Source: an uncultured Chloroflexia bacterium | GTDB taxonomy: Bacteria > Chloroflexota > Anaerolineae > B4-G1 > SLSP01 | Assembly: GCA_963700595.1 (NCBI GenBank) | Contig: CAVOYE010000022.1 | Location: 119,033 to 143,032 of the forward strand | Length of the DNA: 24,000 nt | Direction of reading: 5' to 3' | Shown here: piece after piece, positions 1 to 7,875 of the stretch | Position numbering within the stretch: the stretch's first letter is position 1 | How the letters are laid out: each line of letters begins with the position of its first letter | Program-made: the position numbers and the translations under genes | The notes under the pieces: generated by a model | Seen by the model: only the letters and a program-made list of their open reading frames with translations | The model's database searches: none | Told to the model about the DNA's origin: nothing

Positions 1-921
1 TTGGCTTCGCCCACAATCCAGGCCTCTGCTATGCATACATTGCGAAGAATTGGGGTTTTGTCCATTGATGCGCTGATAAGCGTTCTCAAAACCGATGAAC
101 GCGAAAATGTACGGACAGCTGCCGCAGATACACTTGCAGATATTGGGATGTTTGCCATTGAACCTTTAATCGCCACCCTTGTCCATCGATCACCCCAAGT
201 GCGGAGCACAGCGATCAAAAGCTTGATGGCTATAGGTCCATTGGCTGTGGAACCCTTGATCTCTCAATTAGCGGACAAAGACCATCCTGCTCAAGTCCGG
301 ATTGAAATCCTTAAAGCGCTTACGCAGTTTGGAACTCCGCAAGCGACTTCAGCATTGCTGGCAGCTGCCAAGAAAGACTCTGCACAGGAGGTACGCGAGT
401 ATGCAGCGCGTGCCCTGGGACGTCAGGATTTAATTGTGGAAAAGGTTGCCCCTCCCCGCCCTCCATCCGCCACGCAAATGCAGCGCGGTTTATCACGCTC
501 TTTCACTGACAAGGATGGACAGGACCAAGGAGAGGATACCGATAAGACGGGTAAAAAGGATGATGAAACAATTGAAGCAGAGGTTATCATTTACCGCTGG
601 TCCCGAGTATTCCAAGCGCTTCCGCGTTTACAGGTACTCCCTTTTGACGTTCTGCAGCGTTTGATACGGACGCAACCCGTCCAAAGGCGTCACTCGAAAC
701 CTTATGACGTCGTAGAAGATTTGGACACCGAGTTTACACAATATTCGCGCCTTAAAGATTCCGCTTTTGCCGATGTCTCTATCCGGTTAGTTTTTGACAA
801 TGAAATTAAGCAGGAGAGCCATGTGATGCCGGCTACCAGAGAGTTGGAAGTCATTATAGTCCGTCAAGAGTTACAGTATTATGTGTTTTTAAACGCGACT
901 TATACTGAACATTTCTGGTAG
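1..921 (+). CDS. HEAT-repeat protein, 5'-truncated by the window edge; the C-terminal ~120 aa has no recognisable fold
   Basis: The frame is open from base 1 to TAG at 919-921. The translation shows tandem ~31-aa HEAT/PBS-lyase-like units with the recurring V-R-x-x-A-x-x-x-L-x-x-x-G pattern (VRTAAADTLADIG, VRSTAIKSLMAIG, VRIEILKALTQFG, VREYAARALG). The first TTG is probably an internal codon rather than a start. Confidence 0.7.
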   Translation: MASPTIQASAMHTLRRIGVLSIDALISVLKTDERENVRTAAADTLADIGMFAIEPLIATLVHRSPQVRSTAIKSLMAIGPLAVEPLISQLADKDHPAQVRIEILKALTQFGTPQATSALLAAAKKDSAQEVREYAARALGRQDLIVEKVAPPRPPSATQMQRGLSRSFTDKDGQDQGEDTDKTGKKDDETIEAEVIIYRWSRVFQALPRLQVLPFDVLQRLIRTQPVQRRHSKPYDVVEDLDTEFTQYSRLKDSAFADVSIRLVFDNEIKQESHVMPATRELEVIIVRQELQYYVFLNATYTEHFW

Positions 922-944
922 ACGCTATAAACCGGGAAAACCTT

Positions 945-2981
945 ATGCGGTTGACCATCGCGCGAATCCTTATTGGCATCACTGTCCTGGTGTGGGTCAT
1001 CCTTTTTCCGCTTGCTGTGCTCCAAATACTTGTTCAAGTACCCAGCCTGTATCAACGCTGGATGCGCGATGGGGATGTTTATTATAAAACCGGGCAAGCT
1101 GTGTCTATAGCTGTTCTACGACGCATCCCCCAGGACGCCTGGTCACCCTGGATAAACAGGCATCCTATCGTCATTCATAATGTCTATAATCGTCTGGTCA
1201 GCCAACCCGCATTCGAAGCATCCATGGCTTCGGCACTGGAATGCTGGGTTGAATGGTGGTTAGGCGTCAAACAAAAACCTTGCTTGCTCGCACCTGAGCT
1301 GGAAGCTGCCATTGATCCCCCGCAGTGGGAGCGCGTCAGAGCCTATTTGTGGGAGACTTTGCCATCCTGTACCGAAGCATCAGCGCCGACATGTATACCT
1401 CTTGATCCCGCAGATTATGCAGCCCATGGTCAGTTGCAAAGTCTCTGGTGGGAAGGCTATAAAACTGAACTTGTGCAAGGATTAACGCAGGCAGAAGTCA
1501 CGACTATCGAGACATTATTCCAACCTCCTCCAAGAGCGTCTATTTTCAACTGGATTCTTGGTACAACATTATTCTTAACAATCCTGGCATTTCTTCTGAC
1601 CGCGTCCAGCCAGCGCGCGCTTTTTATGAGCAGTTTATTCTCTGCGATGGGAGGCAGCGCGCTGGGGGTAGGTATCGCGTTAATGTTGGGGTTGCTGCGC
1701 TATCCAACGCTTTTGTTGTGGCTGCATATCCAAACATTTGATGTCATTGATATCCTTCTCCCTCAGATTTGGCCTGCATTAGCCCAAGTGCTGGGCAAAA
1801 CGTTCATATTCACGGGCTGTATTACAATTGTCCCTGGGTTGTGCGGTTTTGCGATGGCAAGCTCCCGGCGCGTTATGCGCGTGAGTCTGCCCGTCAGTTC
1901 TGTGATTCTGCTGGTCTGTGCTTTCAATCTACTCCCTGAATCGGCTTTCACACGGGTGACCGTCTTACCACCAGCGGAACCCATAGCCACGCCTACCGCA
2001 TGGCCCACTTTTACCCCGACTCCGACCCCTACGCCAACCCCACCACCTACGCCACTGCCCCTCCTGGCAGGGACAGCTCTTCCGCAACCTGGAGGGACCT
2101 GGTGGGAGGCGCCGGACATTGTGCGGTGTATTTCTTTGGATAGAAGCCCCCTGGAAGCCATCCAATATAACGGAGATGCATTATCGATTATCCAGAATGG
2201 GCGGTATCTGCGGTTCACTTTTGCAGAGTCTGATTACATATCAGAGAAAAGGTTGCCCCGAACCTTCGACCTTATCGAAATATCCCCATCAGGGCGCTAT
2301 GCAGCTCTCACTGAAGGTAGAGACTTCTGGTTATATGCGCTTCCGGATTGGACACCTGTTGTTTGGAGCCGCATTTCCACACTCAGACCAATTACGTCAA
2401 TCTTATTTACACCAGATGAATCGCTTGTGATCATGGGCTTGCAAAGCGGGCATCTATGGGTCACGGATGTTCAGACTGGAGAACTGGTTACCCTGATGCC
2501 CGCGTTTCAATCAGCTGTTACTGCACTGGCGCCGCGCAGCGGGGATGGTGCCCTGTTTGCCGGCGCTGAAAACGGCATGGTGCAGATCTGGGATATCCAG
2601 AACCGGATTCTCGTCCGGACTTTATCCGGTCACACAGAATCAATCCAGATTATCGCGCCCTCATCGTCAGAGGATGTAATGATAGTGTTGGATGCAGCAA
2701 ACCGGTTTATATATTGGGAGGCATCAACAAGTAAAATGCTCCGTGAGCGGGGGCTTGCGGTTGATGTGACATCGAATCTGCTGTGGTTTGATGACCTGGA
2801 TAATGGTTTTGTGGTTGGTGGTACAATGGATGGGCAGGTTTTCCAACTCGACTCGCATTTTAATTATAAGAGATTGTTACAATTTGACAGTCAGATCACT
2901 GTTCTGGAAGCTGTGGGCGAGGATTATTTAATCGTTGGAACGGCGGACGGGCAATACTGTGTTGTGGGCAGCCCACTATAA
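945..2981 (+). CDS. Polytopic membrane protein with a Pro/Thr linker and a C-terminal WD40-like beta-propeller
   Basis: The ATG at 945 lies 23 nt after the upstream stop. There is an N-terminal hydrophobic helix (ILIGITVLVWVILFPLAVL) and a cluster of about 5 hydrophobic segments around aa 205-335. These are followed by a TPTPTPTPTPPPTP linker and then WD-like repeats (GHLWVTDVQTGELV; GMVQIWDIQNRILVRTLSGHTESI; GTMDGQVFQLD; GTADGQYCVV). No catalytic motif was recognised. Confidence 0.75.
   Translation: MRLTIARILIGITVLVWVILFPLAVLQILVQVPSLYQRWMRDGDVYYKTGQAVSIAVLRRIPQDAWSPWINRHPIVIHNVYNRLVSQPAFEASMASALECWVEWWLGVKQKPCLLAPELEAAIDPPQWERVRAYLWETLPSCTEASAPTCIPLDPADYAAHGQLQSLWWEGYKTELVQGLTQAEVTTIETLFQPPPRASIFNWILGTTLFLTILAFLLTASSQRALFMSSLFSAMGGSALGVGIALMLGLLRYPTLLLWLHIQTFDVIDILLPQIWPALAQVLGKTFIFTGCITIVPGLCGFAMASSRRVMRVSLPVSSVILLVCAFNLLPESAFTRVTVLPPAEPIATPTAWPTFTPTPTPTPTPPPTPLPLLAGTALPQPGGTWWEAPDIVRCISLDRSPLEAIQYNGDALSIIQNGRYLRFTFAESDYISEKRLPRTFDLIEISPSGRYAALTEGRDFWLYALPDWTPVVWSRISTLRPITSILFTPDESLVIMGLQSGHLWVTDVQTGELVTLMPAFQSAVTALAPRSGDGALFAGAENGMVQIWDIQNRILVRTLSGHTESIQIIAPSSSEDVMIVLDAANRFIYWEASTSKMLRERGLAVDVTSNLLWFDDLDNGFVVGGTMDGQVFQLDSHFNYKRLLQFDSQITVLEAVGEDYLIVGTADGQYCVVGSPL
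2013..2054 (+). repeat. Low-complexity (Thr-Pro)n coding repeat forming the linker inside the 945-2981 CDS
   Basis: The codons acc ccg act ccg acc cct acg cca acc cca cca cct acg cca encode TPTPTPTPTPPPTP. The antisense strand gives a spurious GVGVGVGV ORF (1763-2218). Confidence 0.8.
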
Positions 2982-3003
2982 ACGGTAAAGAAGGGAGTTT
3001 GAG

Positions 3004-4249
3004 ATGAAAGAACCGCTGCGGGTGCTCCATTTTGCGGATTTGCATATTGGTATGGAGAACTATGGGCGTCTGGATACAGCAACCGGACTCAACCAGCGCG
3101 TCATCGATTTTTTGACTCGCCTGGATATGGTTGTCGCTTATGCCAAGGATCACGATGCTGACATGGTGATTTTCGCGGGTGATGCGTTCCGCACGCGGAA
3201 TCCGCCGCCGACTTTCCAGAGAGAATTTGCCGCGAGAATCCGCCAGTTATCGGATGCCGCAATCCCCACGCTCTTGTTGGTGGGAAACCACGATGTGCCG
3301 GTGATCGCTAACAGGGCTTCCAGTGTGGAGATTTTCGCAACCCTGGGCATCCCTTATATCGTCGTTGCCTCCAAACCGGAACTGTTCAGAATCGAGACCA
3401 AACGGGGCATCCTGCAAGTCGCAGCGGTGCCCTATCCGGTCCGGCAGCGCTTGCTGTCAAGGGAAGAATACCGTCAATACAGCCAGGATGCCCTGGATCA
3501 GAAAGTGACAGAAATGGTGACAGCCATTATCCAGGATTTAGCGTCGCAGGTGGACCCCCAAAGCCCCGCCGTGCTGACATGCCATTTCTCTATCCAAAAT
3601 GCCCAATGGGGATCTGAGCGCAATATCATGATTGGACGGGATGTCGCCGTACCGCTTTCCGCGTTGACATCCCCGGTGTGGGATTATGTCGCCATGGGCC
3701 ATATCCACCAGCATCAAAACCTGAACCCGGATCGCGTATCCCCCGGTCGTCTATGCCGGGAGTCTGGAACGCGTCGACTTCGGCGAAGAGAAACAGGCGA
3801 AGGGCTTTTGCTGGGTGGAGATCGCGCGCAATAAGACCGAATGGCGGTACATCACGGTTCCCGCCCGGGCGTTCAAGACCATCCGGATTGATGTCAGAGA
3901 AGAACCTTTGCCCATGGATGCCGTCCAGGAGGCAATTGCAGCGACGCAGATCGCGGATGCGGTTGTGCGTCTGATCATTCAGATGCTGCCGGAACAGGAA
4001 CCCTTTCTCAGGGATGCGGATTTTATGCCAGCCCTTCAGGCAGCCTTTTTCACCCAGATTAACCGGGATGTGGACCGTGACATCCGGGACCGGCTAATGG
4101 GCATGGAACCGGATGATATGACCCCAGCCCACCTTCTGGGACGCTACCTGCTGGCGAAGGGAAAAACTGAGGAGGAAGCGGCAGAATTGGTCGCTGCTGC
4201 AGCCTCAATTTTTGCGGATGATGTCGATGAAGTTGAGGTCGTTGAGTAG
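3004..4249 (+). pseudogene. sbcD: SbcD/Mre11-family metallophosphoesterase nuclease, interrupted by a +1 frame change near 3725-3740
   Basis: Frame 1 (3004-3834) carries the calcineurin-like nuclease motifs LHFADLHIG, GDAFR, GNHDV and GHIHQHQ, then turns into Arg/Gly-rich nonsense and stops at 3832. Frame 2, from just after the TGA at 3722-3724, reads (A)YPPVVYAGSLERVDFGEEKQAKGFCWVEIARNKTEW. That is the normal continuation of SbcD, and it runs on into ORF 3815-4249. There is an SD (aagggag) upstream of the ATG at 3004. Confidence 0.8.
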
Positions 4250-4255
4250 GTGAGC

Positions 4256-4283
4256 TTGACAATTCTTCAAAAAACTCTATCAT
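4256..4283 (+). promoter_or_regulatory. Candidate sigma70-type promoter for the transglycosylase gene
   Basis: TTGACA at 4256-4261, a 16-nt spacer, then TATCAT at 4278-4283, in the ~100-nt gap after sbcD. Confidence 0.4.
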
Positions 4284-4348
4284 TTTTTCAATAAACATAG
4301 CATTGTTTCAGGGACGTGTCTTGATTGTTTGAACATTCTAACCAAAAA

Positions 4349-5563
4349 ATGATAGGGCGAAATATTGTGGCAGTCTTTCTGGCAACTGCCGGAATTCTGC
4401 TGCTCTTTTGTACACCGGCACCGGCTGTCGTCGCTGAATCCGATACAACGCTTTTTCCCCTTACTTTGTCCCGATATTGGCATGCCAAAGTTTTGCGTTG
4501 GGAACCCATGATCATTGAGGCTGCCAACGCGCGTTATCTTGACCCGGATTTCCTGGCTTCCCTGGTGTGGATGGAATCGCGCGGCGACGCCTATGCTGTG
4601 GGTCCTGTGGGGGCGGTTGGACTTATGCAAGTTATGCCGAAAGAAGCGGGATTCACCTGGCGACCATCTCACGAAGCGCTGATTGACCCCGGCATTAATC
4701 TTTTCTGGGGGACGCGCACGCTGGCGACAGTGATTCGACAGGGCAATGGGGACCTGTTTAACGCTCTGGCTGCCTATAACGGCGGCTGGGATCAAATAAC
4801 CTACCGGGGTCCTACGATATTCGCGACTACCATCCTGCGCGATTATGCCCACGCAGTGGCTTCACGGCAGGGGATCAAAGGTAACTGGATCGCTTTTTTT
4901 GCGCGCAAGGATATTCAGATCGCAGGCCCAATATGGGTGGCGGATTCTGACCGATCTGACGTCTATTATTATGGGAACGACAACGTTGTACCGGAGGGTA
5001 TGCCTTTGATTCCGAATGTATCACCTTCCTCGGTTGTCGCCTATTCCTATGATGAAAAGAGCGGACGCAGTTTTTATGTGGGGATATGGCTTTTTGACGT
5101 GGATAGCGATGCATGGATCTCCACGCCAATTTCCACCGATATCCTGTCCGAACTGGCGAAAAAGGCAGTTCCTACCGTTGCGCAACCGGTGATTACCGCG
5201 CCCGTGCCAGCGAAACCAGAGATTGCCAGCACCGTTGCAGCTACGCCGGAAGTGACCGAAACACCTGCTCCGGAGATTGCGTGCCCAGGCGGAGACTTTT
5301 GGATTCAAGCCTGGCCGCTGGAAAGCACGGTGCATTTACCGAGTTGGTCAGTCCGGATCTATGCTGAAGGGCATGGGGGTGACTGCCAGTACACGTATGC
5401 GTGGAATGAAGAGGATGATGTTAAAGGACAAGTCACCGGCGGTCCGATTACTTTTGTGATCGAGACACCGCACCGGGATGGGAATATAATTGGCACGGTG
5501 GTGGTCTCTTCTGCCGGTGAAACGCGCAGGGTGCAAATTTATGTACCTTCACCGAAAAAGTAG
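4349..5563 (+). CDS. Membrane-anchored lytic transglycosylase (SLT/GH23 domain) with an uncharacterised C-terminal half
   Basis: SLT motifs are present in order: catalytic WMESRGD, then GLMQVMP, then AAYNGGW. The N-terminal hydrophobic anchor is IVAVFLATAGILLLFC. The start is uncertain: ATG 4349 is preferred, and in-frame TTG 4325 and GTG 4367 are alternatives. Confidence 0.8.
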   Translation: MIGRNIVAVFLATAGILLLFCTPAPAVVAESDTTLFPLTLSRYWHAKVLRWEPMIIEAANARYLDPDFLASLVWMESRGDAYAVGPVGAVGLMQVMPKEAGFTWRPSHEALIDPGINLFWGTRTLATVIRQGNGDLFNALAAYNGGWDQITYRGPTIFATTILRDYAHAVASRQGIKGNWIAFFARKDIQIAGPIWVADSDRSDVYYYGNDNVVPEGMPLIPNVSPSSVVAYSYDEKSGRSFYVGIWLFDVDSDAWISTPISTDILSELAKKAVPTVAQPVITAPVPAKPEIASTVAATPEVTETPAPEIACPGGDFWIQAWPLESTVHLPSWSVRIYAEGHGGDCQYTYAWNEEDDVKGQVTGGPITFVIETPHRDGNIIGTVVVSSAGETRRVQIYVPSPKK

Positions 5564-5618
5564 GTCAGAGCCGGAATGAGATAATTCGTGTATTCAACTC
5601 TCGTTTGAATGTGGATTC

Positions 5619-5650
5619 AAGGGTCAGGGATGCAGTCCTGACCCTTTCGT
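5619..5650 (+). terminator. Hairpin after the transglycosylase gene; possible weak intrinsic terminator
   Basis: AAGGGTCAGG (5619-5628) pairs perfectly with CCTGACCCTT (5637-5646) around an 8-nt loop. The tail (TCGTGTCCTTTCC) is only moderately T-rich. Confidence 0.4.
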
Positions 5651-5730
5651 GTCCTTTCCAGGGCTTTTGAGTGTTGGTGGAGAAAGCCGCGGACAGCTAT
5701 AGTGTTTGAGATCTATCGGGAAACATTCAA

Positions 5731-6684
5731 TTGGAGGGGAGCCTTTGGTGGTGGAGAGCAGAACAGAAACTTTTGATCGTTGAAACCGCAGGAGAACGCC
5801 TGGACAGGTACGTTGTGGCATGTATCCCTGATTTATCACGGAGTACGGTCCAACGCCTGGTTCAAGAAGATCAGATCCAGGTCAACGGCGCGAGTAAACG
5901 GGTCAGTTATGTCGTCCATCCCGGCGATATCGTGACTGTAACGATACCCGCACCCATTCCAATGGAACTGCAGCCCGAGAATCTGCCCCTGGATATCGTT
6001 TATGAAGATAAAGATATCCTGGTTATCAACAAAGCTGCCGGCATGGTCGTTCATCCCGGTGCGGGTAACGCTACCGGGACAATGGTCAATGCCATTCTCG
6101 CGCACTGCCCGGACCTGGGCGGGGTGGGCGGGGTATTACGCCCGGGCATTGTGCACCGGCTCGATAAGCAGACTTCCGGCGTCATCGTTGTCGCGAAGGA
6201 TGACGGCGCAATCCATCATTTACAGCAGCAGTTCAAACAACGGACGGTCAAGAAACGCTACATCGCGCTGCTTGTCGGGCATCTGGCGCAATCCAATGGC
6301 CTTATTGAAGCGCCAATCGGGCGGCACAAGGTGCACCGGCAGCGCATGGCGGTCATTGGGAGCGGTAAAGAGGCGCGCACCCGTTGGGAGGTCAGCGCAA
6401 GGTACCGCGATGCGCAACACCGTCCTTATACGCTGGTGGATGTTGATTTATTGACCGGAAGGACGCATCAAATCAGGGTGCATTTCGCGTGGTTGGGTTA
6501 TCCTGTTGCCGGGGACCGCACCTATGGTCCGCGGGAAGGCGGATTAGCCATTCCGCGGCAGTTTTTGCACGCTGCCAGCTTGACGCTGAAGCATCCGCAG
6601 TCGGGTGAGGAAATGGTTTTTACGGTGCCACTGCCGGAGGATTTATCGCAGGTACTGCAGCAGCTGCACAGAGAGGATGCATAA
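5731..6684 (+). CDS. rluD: 23S rRNA pseudouridine synthase, RluA family, RluD type (S4 domain plus catalytic domain)
   Basis: The N-terminal S4-like segment is GERLDRYV...STVQRLVQEDQIQVNG. The catalytic motif is HRLDKQTSGVIVVAKD, followed by KRYIALLVG and GRTHQIRVH. The start is uncertain (TTG 5731 or TTG 5773). Confidence 0.9.
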   Translation: MEGSLWWWRAEQKLLIVETAGERLDRYVVACIPDLSRSTVQRLVQEDQIQVNGASKRVSYVVHPGDIVTVTIPAPIPMELQPENLPLDIVYEDKDILVINKAAGMVVHPGAGNATGTMVNAILAHCPDLGGVGGVLRPGIVHRLDKQTSGVIVVAKDDGAIHHLQQQFKQRTVKKRYIALLVGHLAQSNGLIEAPIGRHKVHRQRMAVIGSGKEARTRWEVSARYRDAQHRPYTLVDVDLLTGRTHQIRVHFAWLGYPVAGDRTYGPREGGLAIPRQFLHAASLTLKHPQSGEEMVFTVPLPEDLSQVLQQLHREDA

Positions 6685-6766
6685 GAGACCAGGTGAGGTG
6701 ATGATGCCACAGCTAAAGATTTTAGGAAATTTAGGCCTATAAAACATCATATCAAGCCTACAGACC

Positions 6767-6933
6767 GGTTTGAAGTAGTGACTTCGGCGCTGTAGTACAG
6801 CGCATCTATCTTCGTGCGGATAGCGGTTAAAACCTCTACTACGAACATGATAGTTAGCTTTGAGTGATGCCTTTTAATCCAGAAAATTCTTTACTTGATG
6901 CCTGTGGGGCGAATGATTATTCGCCCCTACAAT
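6767..6933 (+). repeat. Copy A of a conserved structured non-coding element (candidate small RNA or REP/MITE-like repeat)
   Basis: It aligns with 11305-11458 in the same orientation. Shared blocks are GTTTG-AGTAG, CTATC-n8-GATAGCG, CTACTACGAAC, and a hairpin GGGGCGAA-tgatta-TTCGCCCC at 6906-6927. There is no U tail and no conserved ORF. Confidence 0.5.
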
Positions 6934-7006
6934 ATTAAAAAAATGTGCTGCAGTCCTTTGCTTCCTGAAGGTTGACGAAACCGGCTCTTTCAGGTATCCT
7001 TCATCT

Positions 7007-7813
7007 GTGAAGAAACAACGGTTGGACTTATTCCTGGTCGACAAAGGCCTTGTTCAGAGCCGGACTTTAGCCCAGCGGATCATTGGCGCCGGTGAAGTGA
7101 CGGTCAATGGGGCGCTGGCCGATAAATCCGGCGCCATGGTAGCAGAGGATGCCACGGTTGAGATTAAGGCACAACCGCGATTTGTGAGCCGGGGGGGAGA
7201 AAAACTTGAGGCTGCCCTGGATGCGTTTGGATTGCGCATGGATGGGCTGGTCATCGCCGATATCGGCGCGTCCACCGGTGGATTCACTGATTGCCTTTTG
7301 CAGCGGGATGCAGCCAAAGTTTATGCGATAGATGTGGGATACGGGCAGTTAGCCTGGAAACTACGGCAGGACCCAAGAGTTGTGGTCATGGAACGTGAGA
7401 ACGCCCGATATCTTGAAACTTTGCCCGAGCAGGTGGATATGATTGTCTCTGATGTGAGCTTCATCTCCTTGAGGCTGGTCTATGCAACTGCTGTGCATTG
7501 GCTGAAACCGGCAGGAAAAGTTGTGAGTTTGATAAAGCCACAATTTGAGGCTGGGCGGACACTTGTCGGAAAGGGTGGGGTGGTCCGAGATCCGGCGATC
7601 CACCGGCAGGTGCTCTCGCAGATCATATCCGAAATGAAGGATTTGGACCTGCACCTTTCTGGCTTAACCGTATCACCGCTTAAAGGTCCGGCAGGGAACA
7701 TCGAGTTTCTGGGCTGGTGGGAACGCAAGCCTTCGCTCGGGACTCCTGACCTGGATGGGGCTGATGCAGACAGCCTGATTGATGAGGTTATGGAGCAAGC
7801 CGCGCGACTTTAG
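7007..7813 (+). CDS. tlyA: TlyA-family rRNA 2'-O-methyltransferase (S4 domain plus FtsJ-like methyltransferase)
   Basis: GTG start. The N-terminus MKKQRLDLFLVDKGLVQSRTLAQRIIGAGEVTVNG is the typical TlyA S4 domain. The SAM-binding motif is DIGASTGGFTDCLLQ, followed by DVGYGQLAWKLRQDPRV. Confidence 0.9.
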   Translation: MKKQRLDLFLVDKGLVQSRTLAQRIIGAGEVTVNGALADKSGAMVAEDATVEIKAQPRFVSRGGEKLEAALDAFGLRMDGLVIADIGASTGGFTDCLLQRDAAKVYAIDVGYGQLAWKLRQDPRVVVMERENARYLETLPEQVDMIVSDVSFISLRLVYATAVHWLKPAGKVVSLIKPQFEAGRTLVGKGGVVRDPAIHRQVLSQIISEMKDLDLHLSGLTVSPLKGPAGNIEFLGWWERKPSLGTPDLDGADADSLIDEVMEQAARL

Positions 7814-7875
7814 TTCGATCAATACGTAAATAATAGGTAAGTGCGTGTTAGTTAACACGGGACTTCAGGTGAGTT

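Noticed and set aside
1763-2218. A 151-aa minus-strand ORF containing GVGVGVGVGV.
   Set aside because: It is the reverse complement of the (Thr-Pro)n linker codons in the 945-2981 CDS and therefore a compositional artefact.
3722-3745. Programmed ribosomal frameshifting in sbcD.
   Set aside because: There is no recognisable slippery heptamer with a downstream stimulatory structure, SbcD is not known to use recoding, and the site lies next to homopolymer runs. A mutation or sequencing error is the simpler explanation, although I cannot formally exclude recoding from the sequence alone.
4280-4852. A 190-aa minus-strand ORF, with a nested 79-aa ORF, opposite the transglycosylase gene.
   Set aside because: It is antisense to a CDS with clear SLT motifs, its translation is Arg/Ser/Gly/Cys/His-rich and low in complexity, and it has no SD.
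6747-6848. Short minus-strand ORFs run through both copies of the repeated element: 33 aa at 6747-6848 in copy A and 67 aa at 11183-11386 in copy B. They give similar peptides (FVVEVLTAIRTKID vs FVVVTLVAIRPQIE). The plus-strand ORF 11235-11453 also overlaps copy B.
   Set aside because: The nucleotide differences between the copies fall mostly on codon positions 1 and 2 (gag/gtg, gtt/act, acc/gtc, acg/ccg, aag/cag), which is not the pattern of protein-level selection. The ORF lengths and ends differ completely between the copies. The plus-strand frame is closed by a stop in copy A. The similarity is better explained at the RNA or DNA level.
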